A DNA stretch of 64,000 nucleotides, from contig OZ244207.1 of NCBI GenBank assembly GCA_965216875.1, forward strand, positions 4,896,001-4,960,000. The letters run 5' to 3'. Of the stretch, positions 11,228 through 20,068 are shown piece by piece (position 1 is the first letter of the stretch; the number at the start of each line of letters is the position of its first letter). Below the pieces are notes generated by a model. That model made no database searches. It was not told the DNA's origin and worked only from the letters and a program-made list of their open reading frames with translations. This DNA is from Rubripirellula sp. (lineage in GTDB: Bacteria; Planctomycetota; Planctomycetia; Pirellulales; Pirellulaceae). Made by a program: the position numbers and the translations under genes.

Positions 11228-13702
11228 ATGCGAATCCTTTCGATTGCGTCCCTGTTGTGTGCCGCGTTGGTCGTCACATCGGCCACCGCCGATGCGAATC
11301 CGACGCTCATCAAAAAGCACTGCTCGGCATGCCATAACGACGAAGACGCGGAAGGCGATTTCGCGCTCAGCCTTCTTGGTGCTCACCCGACCGACGAAAG
11401 CCTCGAGTTTTGGCTGACTTCTCTCGATCGCGTCACCGCCGATGAAATGCCGCCCGAGGAAGAGAGCCATCTTTCGGCCAAGGAACGGCAGAAAATCATT
11501 GAGTTCTTTAAGGCGCGACTCGCAAAATTCGATGCGAGGCAAATCGAAGCGACACCGACACGGCGTCTGAACAATCGCGAGTTCGAAAACAGTGTGCGTG
11601 ATGCGTTGATGATCGAAGATGTCGGCACGCATCAACCGACCGACAATTTGCTTGGCGATTCACTGCACCACGGCTTCGACACCCACGCCGACACGCTTGG
11701 TTTCAGCAAGTTTCACCTCGAGCAATACATCCTTGCCGTTCGCAAGATTGTCGACGCAACGATTCTGTCCGGACCGCAACCCGAATCGAAACAGCTCGTC
11801 ATCAGTTCGCAAGAGATCCTTTCCGAACACACGCGAGCCAACACGACGCGTCCCGAACGCCGTGGCCTCGCAAAAGGCTTTGACTTTCTTGACCCACGGC
11901 AATTGGCCTATTTCGAGAGCTTCAAAACCGTTCCCGAGTCGGGCTGGTATCGAATCCGAATCAAGTGCACCGGCAAAGACCGCGGCCGCTACAACTGGCG
12001 TGAGACGGGAGTCTACGATGACGACCCCATTCGCATGACCGTCAAGATGGGCAATCGCCAGCGAGTCTTTGAACTACCCGATGAAGAACCGGAAACCATC
12101 GAAGTGGTCGAATGGTTGGCAGCGGGCTCGCGTTTTCGACTGCAACACCCAACCGACGGTTTGAAGATGCGAGGCAACGGCAACTTCAAATTTCAAAATT
12201 CGATCACGGGAAGCTACCTGAAAGAGCATGACCCGAAACGATACCAAACCGTCCTCGCCAAACTGTCGAAAAACAACTCCGTCCGGAAACGGCAACCACT
12301 TGATTGGCACAACTGGGTCGATCACTGGATGGGACCGAGACCACGGATCTACAGTGCCGAAATCGAAGGACCGCGGTATTCGACCTGGCCACCCAAACGA
12401 CAAGTCGAACTGATTGGCCGCGCCCCCAAAGCAGCAAATGCAAAAGCGATTTTAGAACCGATCGCCGAGCGTGCGTGGCGGCGTCCGATCGGCGAGGGCG
12501 AACTCGATCCAATCGTTACGTTGGTGCAGTCGCGTGCAGAGAGCCTCGGTGAAATCGAAGCGATCAAAGAAGGCATCGTTGCCGTGCTTGTTTCACCGCA
12601 GTTCTTGTTGCTGCATCAAGAAGACACAACCAACGGGCAGAAGTTTGCTTCGAAAATCAGCTACTTCTTCGCGAGCACGCTGCCGGACAACTCTCTTCGC
12701 AAAGCCGTCAACGATGGAGAGCTCGATTCGTTTGCCTCTATTCAACGTGAAGTTCATCGCCGTCTCAAATTGCCAGAGTCCGATGCTTTTTTGAAGGCGT
12801 TCCCACACGCCTGGCTTGAGTTGAATGACATCAACTTCATGGCCCCTGATCCGGACCAATATCGGCACTACCACCGAAAAGATGTCAGCGAAGACATGGT
12901 GGCCGAAGTGTTGCATTTCTTTAAGCACGCCGTTGAAAACAACGTCCCCATCCCCGAGCTGTTGTCTGCCGATTACAGCTTCATCAACGCCGACTTGGCC
13001 CAGGTCTACGGGCTCGAAGACGTACCGCTTGATTCGACGTTCCGCAAATACACCTTCACCAACGGTCGACGTGGGGGGCTGCTCGGAATGGGTGCGTTCT
13101 TGACGTCGACCGCTGACAGTCTTTCCACTTCGCCGATTCATCGCGCCGTCTACGTCATGGAGAACTTCCTTGGCATCCACCCCGCGCCACCACCGCCCGA
13201 TGTTGAAATCACCGAACCAGATGTTCGCGAAGCAAAGACCATCAAAGAACTCTTGAATCGGCACCGATCCGATTCAGCCTGTGCGGCTTGCCACCAAACG
13301 ATCGACCCCTTTGGCTACGCCTTTGAGAATTTTGATCCAACCGGCGCCTGGCGTGACGTCTACACCATCGAGAACGTCGCTGAGGCTCCTAGTAGCAAGT
13401 CCAAGAAAAAGCAACGCGCGCCCAAGATGGTCACCATCCCCATCGACGCCAGCGCCAGTTTTTTGAGCGGAGCGGACTACCAAGACATTACCGGCTACCG
13501 ACGCGAACTGCTAAGCGACGCCAATCGTGATCGCTTCGTCCGCTGTTTCATTTCGAAACTGTTGACCTATGCCAATGGCGACGCGCCCGATCCGTCGCAC
13601 TTCGCCGAAATCGACAAGATCGTCGCAAAGTCGAAGGAACACGAATACCGAATCGTTGACACCATCGCAGCGGTCGTCGACAGCCCACTGTTTAGAAACT
13701 AG
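11228..13702 (+). CDS. DUF1592/DUF1588/DUF1587/DUF1595/DUF1585 protein with planctomycete cytochrome c domain
   Basis: CSACH and CAACH heme motifs, RRLNNREFENSVRD, RRGGLLGMG, TSPIHRA, FENFDPTGAWR. Confidence 0.9.
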   Translation: MRILSIASLLCAALVVTSATADANPTLIKKHCSACHNDEDAEGDFALSLLGAHPTDESLEFWLTSLDRVTADEMPPEEESHLSAKERQKIIEFFKARLAKFDARQIEATPTRRLNNREFENSVRDALMIEDVGTHQPTDNLLGDSLHHGFDTHADTLGFSKFHLEQYILAVRKIVDATILSGPQPESKQLVISSQEILSEHTRANTTRPERRGLAKGFDFLDPRQLAYFESFKTVPESGWYRIRIKCTGKDRGRYNWRETGVYDDDPIRMTVKMGNRQRVFELPDEEPETIEVVEWLAAGSRFRLQHPTDGLKMRGNGNFKFQNSITGSYLKEHDPKRYQTVLAKLSKNNSVRKRQPLDWHNWVDHWMGPRPRIYSAEIEGPRYSTWPPKRQVELIGRAPKAANAKAILEPIAERAWRRPIGEGELDPIVTLVQSRAESLGEIEAIKEGIVAVLVSPQFLLLHQEDTTNGQKFASKISYFFASTLPDNSLRKAVNDGELDSFASIQREVHRRLKLPESDAFLKAFPHAWLELNDINFMAPDPDQYRHYHRKDVSEDMVAEVLHFFKHAVENNVPIPELLSADYSFINADLAQVYGLEDVPLDSTFRKYTFTNGRRGGLLGMGAFLTSTADSLSTSPIHRAVYVMENFLGIHPAPPPPDVEITEPDVREAKTIKELLNRHRSDSACAACHQTIDPFGYAFENFDPTGAWRDVYTIENVAEAPSSKSKKKQRAPKMVTIPIDASASFLSGADYQDITGYRRELLSDANRDRFVRCFISKLLTYANGDAPDPSHFAEIDKIVAKSKEHEYRIVDTIAAVVDSPLFRN

Positions 13703-13767
13703 ACACAGCAGTGCTCATTGCGCCACCACAGCTGCTGTTTTCTTTTTTCGACCGTAGGCATTCACTC

Positions 13768-15312
13768 ATGATCGATCATCGGCCACCGCGTTTCAAATCG
13801 TCTTCGCTGTTTCTCTTTGCTGCGCTCGCACTCACGATTTTTGCCTCGGCGAATCTGGTCGAAACACAGGCCGGTGAGTTCCCCAATGTTGTCATCATCT
13901 ATGCCGATGACATGGGGTTCGGTGACTTGGCCGTTCAAAACGAAGACTCGAAGATCCCGACGCCCAACCTCGATCGTCTGGCGGCTGAAGGGATGCGGTT
14001 TACAGACGCTCATAGTTCATCAGGCATTTGCACGCCAAGCCGCTATGCGTTGCTGACCGGACGTTACCACTGGCGAAAATTCCACAGCATCGTTTCTTCT
14101 TGGGGCGACTCGGTCTTTGCCGAGGAGCGATTGACGTTGCCCGAAATGTTGAAGCAGCGTGGCTATCGAACGGCCTGTATCGGTAAGTGGCACCTTGGTT
14201 TTGACTGGTCCGCGATCCGTAAGCCCGGTGCGAAACCTAAGAAAGAAGGCCGCAGGGTGGTCTGGACGGCGGACGACTTTGATTGGTCCAAGCCGATCCC
14301 AAACGGCCCGCTTGCACACGGCTTTGACGAGTACTTCGGTGACGACGTCCCCAATTTCCCGCCGTACGCGTGGATCGAAAACGATCGCATCGTCGATCCC
14401 CCAACGACCCCATACAAACCGAATCCCATTCCACCTGAAGGCAATCCCGAGGGGCGTCCTGGGCCGATGGTCCAAGGCTGGAAACAGGACGCTGTGATGC
14501 CAACGCTCACCGAGCGTGCATGCCAGTGGATCGAACAGCAAAAAGACTCACAACAACCGTTCTTTCTGTATTGGCCTTGGACGAGCCCTCACGCTCCCAT
14601 CGTGCCAGTTCGTTCATGGCAAGGCAAAACCAAAGGCGGTCCGTACGGAGACTTTGTGGCGCAAAGCGATCATCATGCCGGACAATTGCTTGACGCATTG
14701 GACAAGCATGGATTTCGTGACAACACCATCGTGATCTTCACTTCCGACAACGGCCCAGAGAAGTACGCTTTCGAACGCGTCCGTCAGCGTGACCACAACA
14801 GTTCAGGACCGCTGCGTGGACTCAAACGTGACATTTGGGAAGGCGGACACCGCGTGCCAATGCTGGTTCGTTGGCCGGGCGTGATCCAACCGCAATCGGT
14901 GACGGGTGAATTGATCAGCCAGATCGACATCATGGCAACGCTTGCCGAGGTGATTCAATTTGAACTCCCGCGAGACGCCGCGGAAGACAGTCACAGCCAA
15001 CTTGCGCTCTGGAAAGGCGGCAAGTCCGCTCGCCACTCCATCGTCCACAACACGAAAGCGAATCACTACGCCGTGCGCCAAGGTGATTGGGTTTTGATTG
15101 ATGCCCCAAGCGGAAGTGTGTCTGGCGTTCCTGAGTGGTTCCGAGAACGGAAGGGTTATCCAAAGAACAAGAGCAAGACCGCACTCTATGACCTCAGCAT
15201 AGACATCGGCCAGATGAATAACCTGGCCGATCAAGAAGCTGCAAGAGTCAAACAACTACAAGCACTGTTGGAACGAACCAGGAGCCAAGGGGAAGTGCGC
15301 GGCCGCTTGTAG
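13768..15312 (+). CDS. Arylsulfatase (S1 family)
   Basis: PNVVIIYADDMG, CTPSRYALLTG formylglycine motif, GKWHLG, SDNG. Confidence 0.93.
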   Translation: MIDHRPPRFKSSSLFLFAALALTIFASANLVETQAGEFPNVVIIYADDMGFGDLAVQNEDSKIPTPNLDRLAAEGMRFTDAHSSSGICTPSRYALLTGRYHWRKFHSIVSSWGDSVFAEERLTLPEMLKQRGYRTACIGKWHLGFDWSAIRKPGAKPKKEGRRVVWTADDFDWSKPIPNGPLAHGFDEYFGDDVPNFPPYAWIENDRIVDPPTTPYKPNPIPPEGNPEGRPGPMVQGWKQDAVMPTLTERACQWIEQQKDSQQPFFLYWPWTSPHAPIVPVRSWQGKTKGGPYGDFVAQSDHHAGQLLDALDKHGFRDNTIVIFTSDNGPEKYAFERVRQRDHNSSGPLRGLKRDIWEGGHRVPMLVRWPGVIQPQSVTGELISQIDIMATLAEVIQFELPRDAAEDSHSQLALWKGGKSARHSIVHNTKANHYAVRQGDWVLIDAPSGSVSGVPEWFRERKGYPKNKSKTALYDLSIDIGQMNNLADQEAARVKQLQALLERTRSQGEVRGRL

Positions 15313-15500
15313 TCCCGCCTTCTGGCGGAATCCGAGAAGATTCCGGCTAAAGCCGGTACTACGAACGGCAGCTTGTAGAAAACCACAGCGACTCCCGTAG
15401 CTACCTTCGCCAGAAGGTAGATCACCACGCTCTGGCGAGCGTAGCTACGGTGCGTGTAAGGCAGTGCAAGGCCCGACGCTAGCTAGCGCGTTCGGCTCAC
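15309..15500. repeat. REP-like cluster between convergent genes
   Basis: GTAGTCCCGCCTTCTGGCGG...CCGGCTAAAGCCGGTACTAC; GTAGCTACCTTCGCCAGAAGGT...ACGCTCTGGCGAGCGTAGCTAC; reverse copy AGGCCCGACGCTAG...CGCGTTCGGCTCAC. Confidence 0.85.
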
Positions 15501-15505
15501 TCAGA

Positions 15506-16732
15506 TCACCGTTCTTCGCCAACAACATCGTCTACAGCGAACGAGACGTACATGATTTTGTTGTAACCCTTGGCCGATTTGTCACCTGCTTCGAATAGCA
15601 ATCCGACGCGGTCACCGCCGAGGGGCACCAATCCGCTGTAGGCTGCGGGCCCTTCGTGGATCAGGGCACCGGTTTGCCAGGTCTTCGATTCATCGGTCGA
15701 ATAGCGAATTCGCATATCCGATCGTCCTTGACCACTTGGACCATCACTGTCGGGCCCCGAGAAGAGTAGCAATCCGCCTGGGCCGTAACTCTTCAGCTCT
15801 GGCAATCGCAACACACAGCACTGCACGACAGGTGGATCGAGCGCATCGGCGGCAGGCTTGAAGTACTTGTACTTTGCGCTGTCGGTGACCGCGAAGCTTT
15901 CTCCGCCATCGCGGCTGAACCCTTCCCCGCGAGTTCCGGGGGCGTCGCCGTTTTGATCGCGTGTGTTGAAGTAGATCGAGCCATCGGAAAGTTCGGTGCA
16001 GGTCGTCTCGTTGGCGTTCAAGCCGTCGTCGTACGTTTCGTCCAGTGCACCGATGCGCCAAGACTCGCCGTGATCGTCACTGATGATGGCGTGGGCACCA
16101 AGCTTGCCGCGGTCCTTGCCACGGTCGCCAATGCGATGGTCACACGGCACAACGATCCGCCCGCGGTACTTTGACGACTGCAGTTGAATCGATTGGCAAG
16201 GGCCGGTGGCATACCATCCCCACGCGGGCTTGCGCACATCGTCGGTCAACTCGCGAGCCTTTGACCAAGTCTTGCCGTGGTCGTCGCTGTGGGTCAGGAA
16301 CACGCGATCGTTTTCGACGGTAAAGGGCAACAGAATTCGGTCCGGATGTTCTTTGCTCAAACGATCGACGACCGGCGCAGGATTGCCGACCGAAATACTG
16401 CGTCCTTCTTCATACAAACTGACGTAGTCATCACTTTCGCAAATGATAGAAAGTGGCCCCCAAGTTTTGCCGTCATCGGCGGAGCGTTTCACGACGAGAT
16501 CGATCTCGCTCGCATCGCCACCCGAGCGTGCCTCGCAAAACGCGAGCAGGTCACCATTGCCTGCCTTGATGATCGCGGGAATGCGAAAGTGGTTGTAGCC
16601 TTCCTTGCCATTTTCGAACAACGTCACGGGTGCAAACGAGCGTTGTGCCGTGGGTTGGGCGGCGTTGGAATGCTGTAGCGACAAACTCAACGAGGAAGCA
16701 ACGATTGAAATCAGGGCGAGAGAACGCAGCAT
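15506..16732 (-). CDS. Sialidase family (GH33-like, BNR repeat) protein
   Basis: FRIP motif, Asp-boxes SADDGKTW, SDDHGKTW, SDDHGESW, SRDGGESF, STDESKTW, AAYS Tyr; signal peptide. Alternative start 16765. Confidence 0.88.
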   Translation of the reverse strand: MLRSLALISIVASSLSLSLQHSNAAQPTAQRSFAPVTLFENGKEGYNHFRIPAIIKAGNGDLLAFCEARSGGDASEIDLVVKRSADDGKTWGPLSIICESDDYVSLYEEGRSISVGNPAPVVDRLSKEHPDRILLPFTVENDRVFLTHSDDHGKTWSKARELTDDVRKPAWGWYATGPCQSIQLQSSKYRGRIVVPCDHRIGDRGKDRGKLGAHAIISDDHGESWRIGALDETYDDGLNANETTCTELSDGSIYFNTRDQNGDAPGTRGEGFSRDGGESFAVTDSAKYKYFKPAADALDPPVVQCCVLRLPELKSYGPGGLLLFSGPDSDGPSGQGRSDMRIRYSTDESKTWQTGALIHEGPAAYSGLVPLGGDRVGLLFEAGDKSAKGYNKIMYVSFAVDDVVGEER

Positions 16733-16960
16733 CACTTTGACGTCCGATGGGAAGGCGGGAGCCATTGAGGCGGGACAATTGCCAGGCAGGGCAATGGAGG
16801 GAAGCCCTAGATGATACCTGCAATGGTGCCGACATGTCCTTGCAGCAAGCGGTGGATATCGAGCAAAAATTTGACTTGCGCGCCTTGAACGAACAAGCTA
16901 GACGCCTGGTATCTGTCCACCCTCAACCAATATGCCCAAAGCAAAGCCACCACAAAGCTT

Positions 16961-18532
16961 ATGGTCACTCCGATCTTTTCCAGCCGTCTGTTGCGATGTC
17001 TCGCCTTTCTATGCTTCTTACTGTGCTTCGGCGCCGTGACAACGCCCCACGCGTTTTGTGCCGAGCCTGACACGCGCCCCAATATCGTCGTGATCATGGC
17101 CGACGACTTGGGTTACTCCGACCTGGGCTGCTACGGCAGCGAAATCGAAACACCCCATTTGGACGCGTTGGCCAAATCGGGAGTGCGGATGACTCAGTTT
17201 TACAACACGGCGAAATGCCATTCGTCGCGAGTCGCCCTCCTGACCGGTTTGTATTGCGACCAAGCCGGTTCAACCAAACTTTCTCGTTGTACCACGATCG
17301 CTCGCGAGTTAAAGAAGGCGGGGTACTTCACCGCGATGGCCGGCAAATGGCACCTCGATGATGAACCGACCGACCATGGTTTCCAGCGTTACTTCGGTCA
17401 CCTCAGTGGAGCAACCAACTTCTTTACCGGCGACAACACGTTTCGGCTTAACGGAAAACCCTTCAACGATTTCGGCGAGGGGTTTTATACAACGATCGCA
17501 AACACCGACTACGCAATGGGGTTCGTTGACGAAGCGATTGAAAAGGAAAAACCGTTCTTGCTTTACGTGGCTCACAATGCGCCGCACTATCCGTTGCATG
17601 TCCTCAAGAAGGACTACGAAAAGTACCGCGGCCAGTACGACGTCGGCTGGGATGAAATCCGACGTCGTCGATACGAAAAACAAAAGGCACTTGGCCTAGT
17701 CGATCCGGCCGTCGCCAAACTGAGTGAGCGCCCCGCACACGTGCCCGCTTGGGATTCGCTTGATGCCGAAGACCAGCGTTGGGAATCGAACCGCATGGCC
17801 GCCTACGCCGGCATGGTCGATTGCTTGGACCGCGAAATCGGGCGACTCGTCGGACACCTCAAACAAACGGGCAAGTTCGACAACACGGTCTTCCTGTTTG
17901 TCAGCGACAACGGAGCTTGTCCGTTTGAACGAACCAAGGGTAAAGAGCTCGAACCTTTCGATCCCAAGAGCTACTGGACCTACGACACCGGATGGGCGCA
18001 CGTTGGTAACACGCCGTTTCGGTATTACAAACAAAACAGTCATGAAGGCGGGATCTCGTCGCCTGCGATCTTACATTGGCCCGACGGCATGAAGGCAGCG
18101 GCCGGTTCGTTCGATTCGCAACCGGCCCATCTGATCGACATCATGGCAACCTGTCTCGATCTCGCTGGCGCAAACTATCCTGAAAAAGTTGGCAACCGAA
18201 CGATCGAACCGCTAATGGGACGTTCGCTGAAACCGATCTTGCTTGGACAAACGCGCAGCCCGCATCCCTACCTCTACTTTCAGTTTGGTCCGAACCGAGG
18301 TTTGAGAGTGGGTGACTGGAAGATCGTTTCGTATCGAAGTGGTCCTTGGGAGTTGTTCAACCTCAAAGAAGATCGCAGTGAAACAAACGACCTGGTCAAA
18401 CAGCAACCCGAACGCGCTGAACGATTGAGAAAACAATGGTTCACGATTGCCGAAGAAGTTGACCGGCTGCCCAAGAATCACCTCAAACCGGTCAAGAACA
18501 AGTCGTCAGCTAGCTCGCAGAAGTTTCGCTAG
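16961..18532 (+). CDS. Arylsulfatase (S1 family, CxSxR variant)
   Basis: PNIVVIMADDLG, CHSSRVALLTG, GKWHL, NAPHYPLH, SDNG, HEGGI. Confidence 0.92.
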   Translation: MVTPIFSSRLLRCLAFLCFLLCFGAVTTPHAFCAEPDTRPNIVVIMADDLGYSDLGCYGSEIETPHLDALAKSGVRMTQFYNTAKCHSSRVALLTGLYCDQAGSTKLSRCTTIARELKKAGYFTAMAGKWHLDDEPTDHGFQRYFGHLSGATNFFTGDNTFRLNGKPFNDFGEGFYTTIANTDYAMGFVDEAIEKEKPFLLYVAHNAPHYPLHVLKKDYEKYRGQYDVGWDEIRRRRYEKQKALGLVDPAVAKLSERPAHVPAWDSLDAEDQRWESNRMAAYAGMVDCLDREIGRLVGHLKQTGKFDNTVFLFVSDNGACPFERTKGKELEPFDPKSYWTYDTGWAHVGNTPFRYYKQNSHEGGISSPAILHWPDGMKAAAGSFDSQPAHLIDIMATCLDLAGANYPEKVGNRTIEPLMGRSLKPILLGQTRSPHPYLYFQFGPNRGLRVGDWKIVSYRSGPWELFNLKEDRSETNDLVKQQPERAERLRKQWFTIAEEVDRLPKNHLKPVKNKSSASSQKFR

Positions 18533-18613
18533 ACTGCGGACATTGCGCCGATGCGTTGGCGCGGCGACACGGCGACCGGGTTAAAACGGGGCACAACCAC
18601 AACACGAGACGCC

Positions 18614-19045
18614 ATGTCCAGCAACAATCCCTTTCCCCCAGATCCCAATCAAGGACCTTACATCGACGGACCACCCGGGCCCTACCATGGGTCGCAAGGA
18701 CCCTACCACGCCCCGACTCCACCTCCCGTCGTTCAGCCATACGGACACGGCCAAAGCCCGATCCCGAAACCGGATAGCTATTTGGGACCGGCGATCCTTG
18801 TCACGATGTTCTGCTTCTTGCCGTTTGGAATTGTCGGGATCGTCTACGCTTGTCAGGTTGATTCAAAGTGGGCCGTGGGCGATTGGGCGGGTGCTGAGAT
18901 GTCGGCCAAATCGGCTCAAACATGGACGAAGATCGGCTTTTTCTGTGGGCTGATCCCCGTTCTGATCGCGGTCTTGTTCTGGGCCTTTATCATGCTGCAG
19001 ATGTTTTTGGTGTTCTTGGGAGTGGTGGCCTCGGCCCAACAGTGA
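18614..19045 (+). CDS. CD225/dispanin family protein
   Basis: Pro-rich N-terminus then PDSYLGPAILVTMFCFLPFGIVGIVYACQVDSKW..GD..GA...A. Confidence 0.88.
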   Translation: MSSNNPFPPDPNQGPYIDGPPGPYHGSQGPYHAPTPPPVVQPYGHGQSPIPKPDSYLGPAILVTMFCFLPFGIVGIVYACQVDSKWAVGDWAGAEMSAKSAQTWTKIGFFCGLIPVLIAVLFWAFIMLQMFLVFLGVVASAQQ

Positions 19046-19244
19046 CACGCCCGTTGCCGACAAGTCGGCAGCCTCTGTTAAGATCGACGCGGAAGCCAGC
19101 CGAAACTCTCTGAAACAAAGTCGGCGAAACTACTCCCGTGCACATGCATTGCGCTTTACCCGCGCGCGCCAGGGCCGTATCCTTTTGTTGGCGTTTCGTA
19201 CGAGAGAAACCAACTTCGCCAAGACTACCTGAGGACGGATAGAC

Positions 19245-19574
19245 ATGTCGGACGCAAATCCCTTTCAAACTCCAGCGGCGGGACCACCAGCCGGTCAAAA
19301 GCCTGACAACTACTTGATTCAATCGATTCTTGTCACGCTCTGCTGCTGCTTGCCGCTGGGAATCGTCGGAATCATTTTCGCTGCACAAGTCGATTCGAAA
19401 TGGAACGCTGGCGACCAAGCGGGCGCCATCTCTGCTGCCGAAAACGCCAAAAAATGGACCATGATTGGCCTGATTTGCGGCGTCATCTTGAACCTGGTGG
19501 TGTTTGGAATTCAGATTCTGGCTGTCATGGGCGCCGCAGCCGGTGCGAACGCAGGTGGCGGCGGTGGTTTCTAA
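19245..19574 (+). CDS. CD225/dispanin family protein
   Basis: PDNYLIQSILVTLCCCLPLGIVGIIFAAQVDSKWNAGD; GAGGA SD upstream. Confidence 0.9.
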   Translation: MSDANPFQTPAAGPPAGQKPDNYLIQSILVTLCCCLPLGIVGIIFAAQVDSKWNAGDQAGAISAAENAKKWTMIGLICGVILNLVVFGIQILAVMGAAAGANAGGGGGF

Positions 19575-19621
19575 CCAAACGATCACTGCTCCTGATCTAG
19601 CGCAGTCGGTTTTCGACAGCT

Positions 19622-20068
19622 GTGACTGAAAACACCAACAAGCGAAAACGCTTTTGGTTGATGCCTACGATTGCCCTGTCCGTTCTGGCCGGGGCATTCA
19701 TCTTGTGGCGTTTTGAGCCAACAGAAACGAGTTGGCTGCCGAAGTGTATCCTTCATCACTGGACCGGGCTGCATTGCCCAGGTTGTGGCACCACGCGCGC
19801 TTTGCACAGTGTGCTGCATGGCGAATTGTTGTGGGCCATCAAGTACAACCCACTGCTCATCATTGGCGGCCCGATCATTGCCGTCATCATCTGGTACCAG
19901 CGACGACACGAACGCCTCACCCGTGAAGCGATTCCACGATTGAGCTGGATGCTCTTTATCGTCGTCACCCTCTACTTCGTCGCGAGAAACCTTCCCTCGC
20001 CAACGACCAGCCCACTGGCACCGCCAGTGAAAACTAACGAATTCCAGCAGGTCGATCGCGTGGAATGA
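19622..20068 (+). CDS. DUF2752 domain membrane protein
   Basis: PKCILHHWTGLHCPGCGTTRA...YNPL; family commonly found next to CD225 genes. Confidence 0.88.
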   Translation: MTENTNKRKRFWLMPTIALSVLAGAFILWRFEPTETSWLPKCILHHWTGLHCPGCGTTRALHSVLHGELLWAIKYNPLLIIGGPIIAVIIWYQRRHERLTREAIPRLSWMLFIVVTLYFVARNLPSPTTSPLAPPVKTNEFQQVDRVE

